From the sequence record PP456879.1: DNA of 64,000 bases, one strand, 5' to 3'. The translations under genes and the position numbers were made by a program. Below, piece by piece: positions 7,387 through 22,417 of this stretch (positions are counted from its first letter, which is position 1; each line of letters opens with the position of its first letter). The notes under the pieces were generated by a model, which had not been told where the DNA came from, did not search any database, and saw only the letters and a list, made by a program, of their open reading frames with translations.

Positions 7387-7875
7387 TTAAACCGATGAAT
7401 CTATCCACGGTGGATAAACAACCACAATCTGGTTAGGCATGTGATTAGACCAATCTTCAATGATAGTTCTAACATCAGAGAAATCTAATCCACCATTAGC
7501 ACACCCTAGAGGTGGTATGATAATTTTCCAATCTGGATGAATACAGTCTTCTTCATTTTCCGCAGAATCCGATACGTTCTCCATCATCCACTCTAGACCA
7601 CGTTCAATGAAACTAATTTGAGATGGGTTCCGCCAGTTATCCTTAGTAGGAAACATCATGAAACGTTTACCATCGGATGCTTTGTAAATAACCGGATTAC
7701 CAATAGTAATAATTCTCTTTTTGCAATCGTGTTTGTATCTTTCAAAAAGTTCAGGATACTTTTCTTTAAACGATTTGGCTAAACCAGCGCCCATGACGCC
7801 AACAACATTAACAGTGATTAGATAAAGATCACCAGGTACATTGAATATATCTTTACCTATAATAAATTCAGCCAT
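7387..7875 (-). CDS. Macrodomain (Appr-1-p processing; DarG/TARG1-like) protein, phiKZ gp104-like
   Basis: TVNVVGVMGAGLAKSFK, FPTK..W and IPPLGCANGGL macrodomain motifs. Confidence 0.9.
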   Translation of the reverse strand: MAEFIIGKDIFNVPGDLYLITVNVVGVMGAGLAKSFKEKYPELFERYKHDCKKRIITIGNPVIYKASDGKRFMMFPTKDNWRNPSQISFIERGLEWMMENVSDSAENEEDCIHPDWKIIIPPLGCANGGLDFSDVRTIIEDWSNHMPNQIVVVYPPWIDSSV

Positions 7876-7955
7876 GATAATGGCTCCTTCTACAAGAGTA
7901 CTAATGAGAAGATCAAAACATAGACCTTCTCATTAGATTGGGTGCATTTCCAGGC

Positions 7956-8348
7956 TTATTGGATTTCTGGATTAGCGTTGTAGAAGCCAATATAAGCCTT
8001 ATTAAATTTCAAGTAATAATTATACTCTGAAGGCTCACCAGTTATTTCCCTAAATACCTTAGCAGTTATAACTTCGAACTTAGAACGCCGTAGCATTGGG
8101 AATAATTTCTTACTGCGCGATAGCTCACACAATCTAATCGAGATAGCTTGATCTTTAAATAAACCTGATTTAGTAAAGAAAGCACCTTCATGAAGCCATT
8201 GAATTACTTCATTGAAGTCTGCGCGCCATTTCTTATGCTCATTTAAAGTTTTACCATTTATAAGATACCATAAAGCTCTAACTTTAGATCCAATAGTAAA
8301 AATACCTATTACCATTACTGCTAGACATATAGCAATTATAAATGACAT
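7956..8348 (-). CDS. Membrane-anchored hypothetical protein, about 130 aa
   Basis: AGGAGG SD before MSFIIAICLAVMVIGIF. Confidence 0.8.
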   Translation of the reverse strand: MSFIIAICLAVMVIGIFTIGSKVRALWYLINGKTLNEHKKWRADFNEVIQWLHEGAFFTKSGLFKDQAISIRLCELSRSKKLFPMLRRSKFEVITAKVFREITGEPSEYNYYLKFNKAYIGFYNANPEIQ

Positions 8349-8356
8349 ATGTCCTC

Positions 8357-8482
8357 CTAAATACCATTGAAGATTAAAGTTCCTATTAGTGAGAGAATGA
8401 ATAACACGACCACATGATGAAGTTTTATCCATGTTTCAGGTACTACCGGTTGTTTAGGTTTATTTAAAGGGATGTTTTCCAT
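8357..8482 (-). CDS. Small membrane peptide, 41 aa (MENIPLNKPKQPVVPETWIKLHHVVVLFILSLIGTLIFNGI), not in the track
   Basis: Translated by hand; GGAG SD; first ORF after the early promoter at 8510. Confidence 0.65.
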   Translation of the reverse strand: MENIPLNKPKQPVVPETWIKLHHVVVLFILSLIGTLIFNGI

Positions 8483-8509
8483 GTATATACTCCACATTAG
8501 TTCATATGT

Positions 8510-8526
8510 GTAATATACTGTTTAAG
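8510..8526 (-). promoter_or_regulatory. phiKZ-type early promoter
   Basis: Minus strand CTTAAACAGTATATTAC, near-identical to the 7322 copy. Confidence 0.7.
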
Positions 8527-8944
8527 ATCTTTCAAATACACCTTTCCAATTAGTAGGTCTTGGATAGGACCTAGGTAGTGATTCAGAATGTATAATGAAT
8601 CCCTCGATATCCCCTTCTTTTGTTTTAACAGCAACTATATCTTTGATAATACCTTTTATTTGTAATAAGCTATTCATAATCTCACGATAGAGTTGATCAA
8701 ATCTATTTGCAATGATATTAGGATTTATTGGATAACCACAAATTGATTTATAGAAACTACACATTACATCATTGTATCTATCTGGAACACATGTCCAAAA
8801 GAAATTATGTCGTTCTTTAATATAAAGAATGATCAAGTAGTTAAGATCATCTTCATCTTTTGCGGTATAATTAAAGTATTGTTTTAATTCAGAAAAGAAT
8901 TGTTGTGACCACCTCACATCAACTCGTATAAATAGTTGTTCCAT
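8522..8944 (-). CDS. Hypothetical protein, about 140 aa
   Basis: Start refined to MEQLFI with AGGTG SD. Confidence 0.7.
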   Translation of the reverse strand: MEQLFIRVDVRWSQQFFSELKQYFNYTAKDEDDLNYLIILYIKERHNFFWTCVPDRYNDVMCSFYKSICGYPINPNIIANRFDQLYREIMNSLLQIKGIIKDIVAVKTKEGDIEGFIIHSESLPRSYPRPTNWKGVFERS

Positions 8945-8968
8945 AATACACCTAAATAAACCCTCCAC

Positions 8969-10934
<1,966 letters not shown>

Positions 10935-10938
10935 GGTA

Positions 10939-13994
<3,056 letters not shown>

Positions 13995-14059
13995 TTAAGA
14001 TCATAAGATCATGGTCTAACAGCATAAAAGGGAGCCATGAAGGCTCCCCGTTATGTTTG

Positions 14060-16510
14060 TTACTTAATGGCACGATTCACAGCAGTGTTAATTGCATTGG
14101 TAAGAGCTACAATGTAATCAACTAGAACGGTGTGGTTTTCAGCCGATTGGCCAACAACTTCCCATACTGCACTAGCTAGTTGCCGGACTTTCTTTTTACC
14201 GGCTTTACTATCCATGCTAGCCACTTTAGAGATATCACGGTTAGCTTGGTCAAGACGACGTACACCGCGGTTACCGCTAACTTTTAGAGAGGCATTACCA
14301 AGACCAATTAGAACTTTAGAAAGTTTCATTAGTTCAGTAACGTCCTTACGGCTAACTTTAGCAGTAGCAGTACCGGTAGCACCCCATTCACCAGTTGGAA
14401 GTGCAATAGCAGCTAATCGTTCAATATCTTTACTAGTGCGACCAGTTACATCACGGCCAGACTTCTCGAAGGTAAAACTACCTTCTAGTTTTCCACTGAT
14501 AAATGAACTCTCAGGATATTTCTTAACAGGTACTTCTAATTTAGTTGCTTCTTCTAGAGCCTTATCAATAGCTTCTTCACTATCAGCTTCAATAGCAGTT
14601 GATAGGTGACCAACTAAACGTTCGATGTATTCACCATCGATTTTGAAGCATTTGTTAATAATATCGCTAATACGACGAACTTCTCCAGCAACACCGCGTA
14701 CTAGATTATCATCACCTTTTAGAATACCATTAATTTTGATTTCTTTATTTTCAAAATTATCAGTATCTTTAAGCTTAACTAGAAGTTGGTCAGCTTTAGT
14801 ATTAGCTGCGGCTAGTTCTTTTTGGTTAGCTTTAACATGGATGGATGCATTTGCACCTTCAGCAATGTTGTCGATAATATTTCGAACAAACTTACCAATA
14901 GTGCTATTAAATGATTCTAGCGAAGTAACCATCGCCTTATAGTAATCTTCTAGATTACCATAACCATAATCTTCCATTGCTGGAACACCAGGTGAATAGA
15001 CATCAAAGGCGTTATGCAGGCGTTCTAAACAGCTATTAGCATGTACGATGAACTGAGGACTATATTGCTTATGTTCTAGGCCATAATGTAGAATCTCAAG
15101 CATGGATTCATTTGATGCCTGCTCTTCAAGTAATTGACCAATGGTTTTCTTACCATCTTCAATGTCATCTTCAAGCTTATCGGCTTCTTCAACTGCCTCA
15201 TCAGCAGTCTCGTCAGCTTCTTCAACATCATCTTCAGTTACTTCTACGTCAACATCCGGGATGTCAATTTCACCTTCAGCTAACTTTTCTTCGATGTCAT
15301 CTTCTGAAACGTCATCATCTGTTTCTGCAACAATTGTTTCACTGTCGTCTTCAACAGCACCTTCTTCAATTGTTGGTTCGGAAATAGTAGATGCCGTTTC
15401 GGTTTCAGCAACTGTTTCTTCAGTTTCAGCTTCATTGATTAATACATCAGTAGAATCACTGTCATCATTAGTTAATTCTTCTTCAGCTTCATCCCGAACT
15501 TCTTCCAATTCGCTTAAGCCTTCTTCAGCTACTTCTGCTGTTTCGGCAGCTTCTTCTACAATTGGATCAGTTACAGCTACTTCTTCATCAACTGCTACGA
15601 TTTCATCTGGTTCAGCTTCAGCAGGAACACTTTCAGATTCCGCCTCTACTACTTCAGCTACTTCACTATCAGTTGTATCCGGCGTATCTTCTACGGTTTC
15701 AACAACTTCTGTTTCAGCATCAGCTACAGCTGGTTCAGTAATTTCGACTTCTTCTGTTTCAGTGATCTCTGTCTCAGGTTCATCATTGGAACTTTCATCA
15801 GCAGTTGTTTGCTCAGCACCGGCTTCTTCAGGAGTTACATCGTCATCAATACCAGGGACTGCTTCACTTACAACTTCACCAGCATCTAACACTTCATCTG
15901 GTAGTGTATCCATGGTTGATGAAACAGGTTCATCACCAGCTGGAAGTTCCTCAGATAGTGGTGCAGGCGGTGGAGTTTCGTCACCAAGTGGGGTTTCTTC
16001 AGTGGGGGTTAATTCCACTGCTGTTTCACCAGGTGCTTCTGCAACAGGTACTAGTTCAGTATCATCAGCCGCATCTTGTGCAGCTTCAATAATTTCAGTG
16101 GTTGAATCTAAAACCTCTTTACCGCCTTCAGAAATTGTACCGATTTCTTCAGCGATTTCAGCTTCAGCAACTTTAACTGCTTCTTCGCCTTCTTCGACAC
16201 TAGTGGTAGCTAGCGGTTCAGGAATACTTTCCTCAACAACAGTTTCTTCTGGTACAACTTCTTCAACAATTACTGCTGACTTATCAGCAGCATGTGCTGT
16301 TTCTTCATGTTCTTCAGCAGAGATAATATCAGTATCTGTTTTAACAGTTTCATTCTCAATAGTTGCAGATGCATCATTATCTTTCTTTAAATCTTGAACT
16401 AGTTCATGATCATCTTTAACAGATGTCTCGACTTTGGATACATCCTGTTCCACAGCCGTACCATCTTGGTTCTCAAGGCTGGCTACATATTTGTGAATAT
16501 TTACCATCAT
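14060..16510 (-). CDS. Internal head / inner-body protein, gp97-like, with very long acidic propeptide
   Basis: About 450-aa E/D/A/T-rich low-complexity N-terminal region; SLE/AME protease-type motifs. Confidence 0.8.
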   Translation of the reverse strand: MMVNIHKYVASLENQDGTAVEQDVSKVETSVKDDHELVQDLKKDNDASATIENETVKTDTDIISAEEHEETAHAADKSAVIVEEVVPEETVVEESIPEPLATTSVEEGEEAVKVAEAEIAEEIGTISEGGKEVLDSTTEIIEAAQDAADDTELVPVAEAPGETAVELTPTEETPLGDETPPPAPLSEELPAGDEPVSSTMDTLPDEVLDAGEVVSEAVPGIDDDVTPEEAGAEQTTADESSNDEPETEITETEEVEITEPAVADAETEVVETVEDTPDTTDSEVAEVVEAESESVPAEAEPDEIVAVDEEVAVTDPIVEEAAETAEVAEEGLSELEEVRDEAEEELTNDDSDSTDVLINEAETEETVAETETASTISEPTIEEGAVEDDSETIVAETDDDVSEDDIEEKLAEGEIDIPDVDVEVTEDDVEEADETADEAVEEADKLEDDIEDGKKTIGQLLEEQASNESMLEILHYGLEHKQYSPQFIVHANSCLERLHNAFDVYSPGVPAMEDYGYGNLEDYYKAMVTSLESFNSTIGKFVRNIIDNIAEGANASIHVKANQKELAAANTKADQLLVKLKDTDNFENKEIKINGILKGDDNLVRGVAGEVRRISDIINKCFKIDGEYIERLVGHLSTAIEADSEEAIDKALEEATKLEVPVKKYPESSFISGKLEGSFTFEKSGRDVTGRTSKDIERLAAIALPTGEWGATGTATAKVSRKDVTELMKLSKVLIGLGNASLKVSGNRGVRRLDQANRDISKVASMDSKAGKKKVRQLASAVWEVVGQSAENHTVLVDYIVALTNAINTAVNRAIK

Positions 16511-16609
16511 GTTAATATACCTTCTGTACAGAGTTTATGAGTTATGCTATTCGTCTTAGTCATAACTCCAAGCGACGAACGTTAACATTCAAAATATTGC
16601 GCTGGAATC

Positions 16610-17725
16610 TTACTTTAGATTTTCATCGCATACATTGAGTATGGCAGTCAAATTACGACATGTTAATTTAAATAGGTCGTGATAAGGAATAGCCAACCAA
16701 TCAACATATGTTTCTACCAATGAAACAAGTTCTTGTATTTCTCTATCAGGTCGCCCTTCATTACGAGCACGTGTTAGTTCATCTCTAAACCTGATTAATG
16801 CACCTTTAAGAGTCCTTAACCGTTCATTTCGACGAGTACGCATTGATGCAGCATTTGCACGATTGATCTTATCAACTACCTTAACAACTCGATCAATAAT
16901 ACTTTCAGTAACTTGATGGTTGAAATGTTCAAATTCTATTTCGACTGGTAGTGGTCTAGGGGTTTCTTCAGATGGAACTAACCGTGAAGAAATATCCCTA
17001 CACTGATCATAAGCACTTGCATTCTTATCGGGATTATAGTTAATTACAATTTGATGATTACCTAGCAAATGCAATGATACAAATCGATTACCTTGATCGC
17101 GATAAACAGATGGTGTGGTTATTTTAGTTGGGGCACTATTTAATAGTAGTTCTGCTAAAGCATCTGGACTAGCATTTGGATTCATATACGAAGGTATGAT
17201 ATTAGCTGGCCTTAGAATCACATTGTCTAATCCATTGATATACCCATCAACTACTGTCTCCAATACGCGTAAGTGAGATAACAAATTAGCACTATTGGTA
17301 ATAGGTTTATATCTAACACTTAAGTTCTGAATACGAGTTGTAATTAGAAATGTAGGATTCTTATTTTTACGAGTTCTAGCACGACTGTTAACTCGTAAGT
17401 TTTCTGCTCGAATTGCAACATATTCAGCAGTAGCTGCTAGCACTACTCCACTATCCATCAGTTTCTCAATAGTGGTAACAAATAGTTTTATAACTCGATC
17501 AATAACATGTTTAATAGTATCACTAATATCTTCAGTAGATACAACATCCTCTAATTCTTTGATAACCCCTTGGATCTGATTATAATCTTCCATACCGCCT
17601 AATAGATCCATCACTCGCCTAGCTAACGCTTCATCGCCTGATAATAAATCTGCAAGTCTTTTAGGTTCATCAAGATCAATAATCATTTCATCTGGAGTAT
17701 CTTTATAAATATCAATTAATTCCAT
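16610..17725 (-). CDS. Virion head protein, gp96-like
   Basis: Lies within the inner-body gene cluster; SME/STE-type motifs. Confidence 0.6.
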   Translation of the reverse strand: MELIDIYKDTPDEMIIDLDEPKRLADLLSGDEALARRVMDLLGGMEDYNQIQGVIKELEDVVSTEDISDTIKHVIDRVIKLFVTTIEKLMDSGVVLAATAEYVAIRAENLRVNSRARTRKNKNPTFLITTRIQNLSVRYKPITNSANLLSHLRVLETVVDGYINGLDNVILRPANIIPSYMNPNASPDALAELLLNSAPTKITTPSVYRDQGNRFVSLHLLGNHQIVINYNPDKNASAYDQCRDISSRLVPSEETPRPLPVEIEFEHFNHQVTESIIDRVVKVVDKINRANAASMRTRRNERLRTLKGALIRFRDELTRARNEGRPDREIQELVSLVETYVDWLAIPYHDLFKLTCRNLTAILNVCDENLK

Positions 17726-17786
17726 TGCTAACTCCTAACATAAGACGGGACTCTTCCGAGCCCCGTCGATATGTCGTCACTTATCA

Positions 17787-19430
17787 TTATTCTGCTTGGA
17801 ATTTAGTGTTAATTACACTATTATAAAGTCCAGTTGCAGTATTTGCGTAACGCATTGCTTCACGAATAATGGAGTCATGTTTAGGTGCACTATCTGTAAT
17901 AATAGATGCTACCTTACGTGATACTTCTTCGATCTGTTCTTTAGAAACATCGTCGATTTTATCACTCTCTAGTTTCCGTGAAAGTTGATCAACATCATCT
18001 TCAAGTTGCTTAATGGCTTTAACAATATTCCGACCGCCAGTGATAACATCAGCTGCATCATCAACCAGATTACGTAGAGCTACCGCTTCTTTCTTAGCTT
18101 GACTCTTATCAAAGTTCTTTAAAGTCACTTCAGTGCCAGGTTCTGCGGCTGTCTCATCATCCGTTAGATATACTTGAGTAGCAGTCGTAGTTACAAGCTT
18201 ATTACCCGGTAAAGTGTTAGATGTACTAGCGTAGTGTTTGAGAGGTCCATCTTGAAGTTTGTCCATCTTCTCAACTAGTTCACTAGCATCATTACGCTCT
18301 GGATCCCAAGCTTTAAGCACAGTACCAATATTCGTTAGGTAGGTAGCATAGTCTTTTGCATATACAGATGCCATCCATTTAACGATAGGGCCATATCCAA
18401 CGTTAGCTGAAGGCTGAATGAATTTACCATTAGCAAATACGGGTCCACCATTTTTAACAGGAACCGTTAATTCACTGGGTATATTTTCAAACTTAGCATT
18501 TTGGATAGCTAAAATGAGTTCATCAACTTTTACACTCACACGCGGTACACTATTCTTAAGACTATCCCATACGTGGCTAATAATTTCACGTAGTTTAGCA
18601 ATAGCTTTCTTGATATAAGCAAGCGCCTTACGACTTAACTCTTTAATATCCTCAGTTGAAATCTTAACTGGATATAAATGACTTTTACCACCAGTCGTAT
18701 AGTTTTCTAATGAGCTAGTTAAAGTATTATCACCAAGTACATGACGATGTGGTAAGAGTGCAGAATGAATAAATGCAGCTGTACTTTGACTGATACCATT
18801 AATACCAGCTTGTCGAACAAGAGCTTTAATCGACTCTAGGGCATATGCGGTATTTAGACCTTGATTAATATCTTGCACTGCTGTAGTAACTACTTGTGCA
18901 TTACCAATGTCCATGAAATCAGTAGGTTTATCCATATCCACTGCAACAGCGATCTGTGGCACCACGCCATTATGCGCTAGTGGAATAGAACTATCTTTGG
19001 CAGCCTGATCAGCGATTTGCTGAGTTACTGTTTCACCACCTTGTGGTTCCTCTCCTTCGGCACCTGCTGGAATAACTGTTTCAACAGCAATATTAGGTTG
19101 TTCAGGAATAGGGGGTACTTCTGTTACTACATCTGTTTCAACTACGGTAACTGGTACAGCTGGTTGTTCAACTAGAGTAGCAGCTGGAGTCTCAACAATA
19201 ACGCCATTATTAGGAGTATTAACAATAGTGGTATCTGCATCCACTGGTGCAGTTGGTGTTACACCAACATTATTGTCAGTCACATCTTGAATAGTATTTT
19301 CAGGTACAGCGTCTTCAGAAATACAATCGCCACTAGTCATGGCTGCTACTTTATCAACTGCTGTTTCAGGAATAGGTACCTCAGTATAGTCTTCTAGACT
19401 ATCTAGATACTCATTGAGTTTAAATGTCAT
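17787..19430 (-). CDS. Internal head / inner-body protein, gp95-like paralogue
   Basis: N-terminal LDSLE; GISQSTAAFIH...SSLENY paralogue module. Confidence 0.8.
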   Translation of the reverse strand: MTFKLNEYLDSLEDYTEVPIPETAVDKVAAMTSGDCISEDAVPENTIQDVTDNNVGVTPTAPVDADTTIVNTPNNGVIVETPAATLVEQPAVPVTVVETDVVTEVPPIPEQPNIAVETVIPAGAEGEEPQGGETVTQQIADQAAKDSSIPLAHNGVVPQIAVAVDMDKPTDFMDIGNAQVVTTAVQDINQGLNTAYALESIKALVRQAGINGISQSTAAFIHSALLPHRHVLGDNTLTSSLENYTTGGKSHLYPVKISTEDIKELSRKALAYIKKAIAKLREIISHVWDSLKNSVPRVSVKVDELILAIQNAKFENIPSELTVPVKNGGPVFANGKFIQPSANVGYGPIVKWMASVYAKDYATYLTNIGTVLKAWDPERNDASELVEKMDKLQDGPLKHYASTSNTLPGNKLVTTTATQVYLTDDETAAEPGTEVTLKNFDKSQAKKEAVALRNLVDDAADVITGGRNIVKAIKQLEDDVDQLSRKLESDKIDDVSKEQIEEVSRKVASIITDSAPKHDSIIREAMRYANTATGLYNSVINTKFQAE

Positions 19431-19517
19431 GTTATTTCCTCAAGGAATTTCTTTGCGCGCGTTTAACAATAAACCATAGAATTAGGTACTTAGATAAAAA
19501 TGAACACTTAGATATAT

Positions 19518-21035
19518 TTATTGGCCATATCTTTCTAATTCCATATTACAAACAGCATTTCGTTGCTTTGCAATACGTAATAGGTAACTAATTAGTGTTG
19601 CGTATTCTGGTGACATATCGGTAATAAAGCCATTAACTAAAGATATAATCTCATTTGCATCATCACGAGCACCTTTCCAAATAGCTTTAGACCTACGTAG
19701 CTCCATGTCCTCAATGCCCTGTGCAACCTTCTTCAGTTGTTCAAGGACATCTTTTTCAGCTTTAAATAGATCACCTAAACGACGAATAGCTTCTTTATTA
19801 ACTTCTAATGTTTTACGCACTTCAACAGGCGGCCTTGGCTCGATCGTGATTGTATCTGGACCATCACCATGTTTATCTTCACCAAGTCGTGGAGCATATT
19901 TATCTTTCTGGAATATAAGTTTACTATTACCAGGTAGAGAAGTATCTTTTACTTTATCTAACTGATTAGCTTCACCAATAAATTCAAAAGCCTCTTTAAA
20001 CTTATCTAGTTCATTATCTTCTAAGTCGTAGTCTTTAATTAATTTAACTACTTTATCAATGTTTGATCTAGCTATATTTGGCCATTCTTTAGCTAGAAAT
20101 TGACTAACTTTTGTTTCATTAGTTAAATCGTCTAAAACAAATTCATCACCAATGAATAACATTTTAGGATTGTCAATTTTAATTGACATATCAAAATCAG
20201 GTGTTACCCTTTCATTTGATACAGTTGGCTTATTGATTAAACTTTTCGCTTTTTCAATTAACTCATCAGTTTTATCTTCAACTGATTTGATTCCAGTTAG
20301 TACACGCTGTGCCGCTACTTTAGCTTGTTCAATAACATGGACTATTAAAGCAAGTATCTTTTTACCTATACTTTCAATACGTTCTTTTATTTCTTCTTGA
20401 GAAATATTTACAAAACGCATAGCGCTGCTAGGGGTTGCATTAAAATCTTCAATACTAATCTTTTCAAAGCCGATAAGCTTATCAATTGATTCTAATGTAA
20501 CGTGCATAAAAGCAGCTGATTGTTTAGTAATACCTCTATCACCAGCGGTATTTAATAAATCTATAAAACATTCTAAACTAGTACGCGCATGCAGTAATTG
20601 ATTTAGCTGATATGTCATGTTTTGAGATGGAGGTGCATCATACGCAAAGATATTTAAATGATCATCATCACTATCTAAATCTTTACCATCCACTGGTGTA
20701 GGTCTATTATCAGGACTTTCTCGGGTATCATGGGGTGATGCTGGATATTCTTCTGATGCGACGTATGTTTTACCAAATGAATCAACTTCAGTAACTAAAC
20801 CACGATCTGATTTCCAATGGATATTAGGTTTATGTGCTTCTTCAACATCTAACCCATTATTAGTTGCTTTTACATCATTTGGTAATTCATCAATTAATTT
20901 GGCAGCTTCTTCTGGTTCTTTAGATATTTGCTTGTCGTCTGTAGCAGCGTGCTTTAGTTTGGCTTTCGCGACTTTTTCTTTTACTTCGACAACACCATAA
21001 CCTTCTAAACTATCAAGTAACTTATTTAAGTTCAT
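19518..21035 (-). CDS. Internal head protein, gp94-like paralogue
   Basis: N-terminal LLDSLE; GITKQSAAFMH module. Confidence 0.8.
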   Translation of the reverse strand: MNLNKLLDSLEGYGVVEVKEKVAKAKLKHAATDDKQISKEPEEAAKLIDELPNDVKATNNGLDVEEAHKPNIHWKSDRGLVTEVDSFGKTYVASEEYPASPHDTRESPDNRPTPVDGKDLDSDDDHLNIFAYDAPPSQNMTYQLNQLLHARTSLECFIDLLNTAGDRGITKQSAAFMHVTLESIDKLIGFEKISIEDFNATPSSAMRFVNISQEEIKERIESIGKKILALIVHVIEQAKVAAQRVLTGIKSVEDKTDELIEKAKSLINKPTVSNERVTPDFDMSIKIDNPKMLFIGDEFVLDDLTNETKVSQFLAKEWPNIARSNIDKVVKLIKDYDLEDNELDKFKEAFEFIGEANQLDKVKDTSLPGNSKLIFQKDKYAPRLGEDKHGDGPDTITIEPRPPVEVRKTLEVNKEAIRRLGDLFKAEKDVLEQLKKVAQGIEDMELRRSKAIWKGARDDANEIISLVNGFITDMSPEYATLISYLLRIAKQRNAVCNMELERYGQ

Positions 21036-21104
21036 TTACAATTCCTCAAGAATACTTAATTACATAGCATAAGAGGAACCCCGAAGGGTTCCTCATTATG
21101 TTTG

Positions 21105-22412
21105 TTACTTCTCATCATTCTCAGATGCTTTAGAAGTTTCTTTGCCGTACGCAGCTAATTCATGTTTAACAATAAATGTATACTGCGCAGCGATGCATTT
21201 AGCAATATAGTTAACTAGTGCACTATTATCAATACCACCAATATTCAGTGCATCACGCGCTGTTTCTTTTGACATGCCTGCTTCGTCAGGATTCCAATCA
21301 GCTAGGGCCTTTTCAAGATTCTCAGCAATCTTGTAATCAATCTTATTAAAGTCCTGTAGTTTAATAACAAGACCTTTAAGAATATTAAGATGTGCTAAGA
21401 TTTTACTCGGTGCACGGACATCAACTTCAACTTCATGTAGATCCGTTTCCCCATCACCCTCAACAACTTCCCACTTATTCACACCTGACTTAGAAGAAGT
21501 AACTTCTAACTTAACATTACCAGGAGCTTTCTCAACGGCTTTATTAATATCTTCAGCCATCTTAGCTTGTAAATCACTGGTGACTTGATCAATATCAATA
21601 GACTTGTCACCTTTGAGATAACGTACTCCAAGTTCGCCATATTTCCTAAGAGCAGATACATACTGAGTTGAGAATACAGTCATGAAGTCTGCAATAGTCT
21701 TCGGATTATTTGCAATAAAGCCACTACTAGATACCATATACTCAGAAGGAGTGAACTTAATCTCTTCTTTCTTTAGATCACCGGCTTTGAGTGATTTAAT
21801 AGCATCAATAGTTTTAGTAATACGCATATCGAGTGCAATCAGCTTAGGATTAAAATCTTTAATCTTCTGCTTTATCATTGCAACAATTTTCTTGATAATC
21901 TCTAAAGCTTTCTTACCTGCTTCTTTTAGTTTCTCTTTGAGATCCTCAAGAGAGATAACAGCTGCTTTCTGAATAGCGCTGCGTGGAGAAGCATCGTAAT
22001 TCTCAAGCGCGGCAGTGAGTCCAGATTTTTCAATACCTAGGATACGATCGATTGATTCCATGCCAACATGCATGAAGGCAGCTGCTTGTCGAGAGATACC
22101 ATCTTCACCAGCTTGAAGTAAAAGACCTTGGAACTTTTCAAGTGCTTCTTTAGCATCTTCAATTAGCCCTAATTCATCTTCAGCTTGAACAATAGTTACT
22201 TCAGTATCTAATGCAGTTGGTTGAATAGCATCATCTGCATCAAGAACTTCTTCTACGGGATTATTTTCAATCTGATCTACTTCTGCTAAAACGGATGATA
22301 CATCAGCAGAAGTTTTATTTTCAACGACTAATTCAACATCACCATGAATCGTAGTGCCTTGATCTTCAATTGATTCAAGTGATAGTTTGTCTAGCATTTT
22401 AAGTAGAGACAT
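21105..22412 (-). CDS. Internal head / inner-body protein, gp93-like paralogue
   Basis: N-terminal KLSLE; GISRQAAAFMH...AALENY module. Confidence 0.8.
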   Translation of the reverse strand: MSLLKMLDKLSLESIEDQGTTIHGDVELVVENKTSADVSSVLAEVDQIENNPVEEVLDADDAIQPTALDTEVTIVQAEDELGLIEDAKEALEKFQGLLLQAGEDGISRQAAAFMHVGMESIDRILGIEKSGLTAALENYDASPRSAIQKAAVISLEDLKEKLKEAGKKALEIIKKIVAMIKQKIKDFNPKLIALDMRITKTIDAIKSLKAGDLKKEEIKFTPSEYMVSSSGFIANNPKTIADFMTVFSTQYVSALRKYGELGVRYLKGDKSIDIDQVTSDLQAKMAEDINKAVEKAPGNVKLEVTSSKSGVNKWEVVEGDGETDLHEVEVDVRAPSKILAHLNILKGLVIKLQDFNKIDYKIAENLEKALADWNPDEAGMSKETARDALNIGGIDNSALVNYIAKCIAAQYTFIVKHELAAYGKETSKASENDEK

Positions 22413-22417
22413 GTTAA

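Noticed and set aside
15141-16397. 418-aa Ser-rich plus-strand ORF, and similar antisense ORFs (e.g. 14130..14609, 2280..2690, 21682..21972)
   Set aside because: Antisense shadows of real minus-strand genes. The Ser run mirrors GAA/GAT-rich codons of the acidic gp97 region; no SD or operon context.
16596-16620. A AAG before the gp96 stop with a downstream pseudoknot, as a possible gp96-gp97 fusion signal
   Set aside because: All three frames hit stop codons before gp97, so no fusion is possible.
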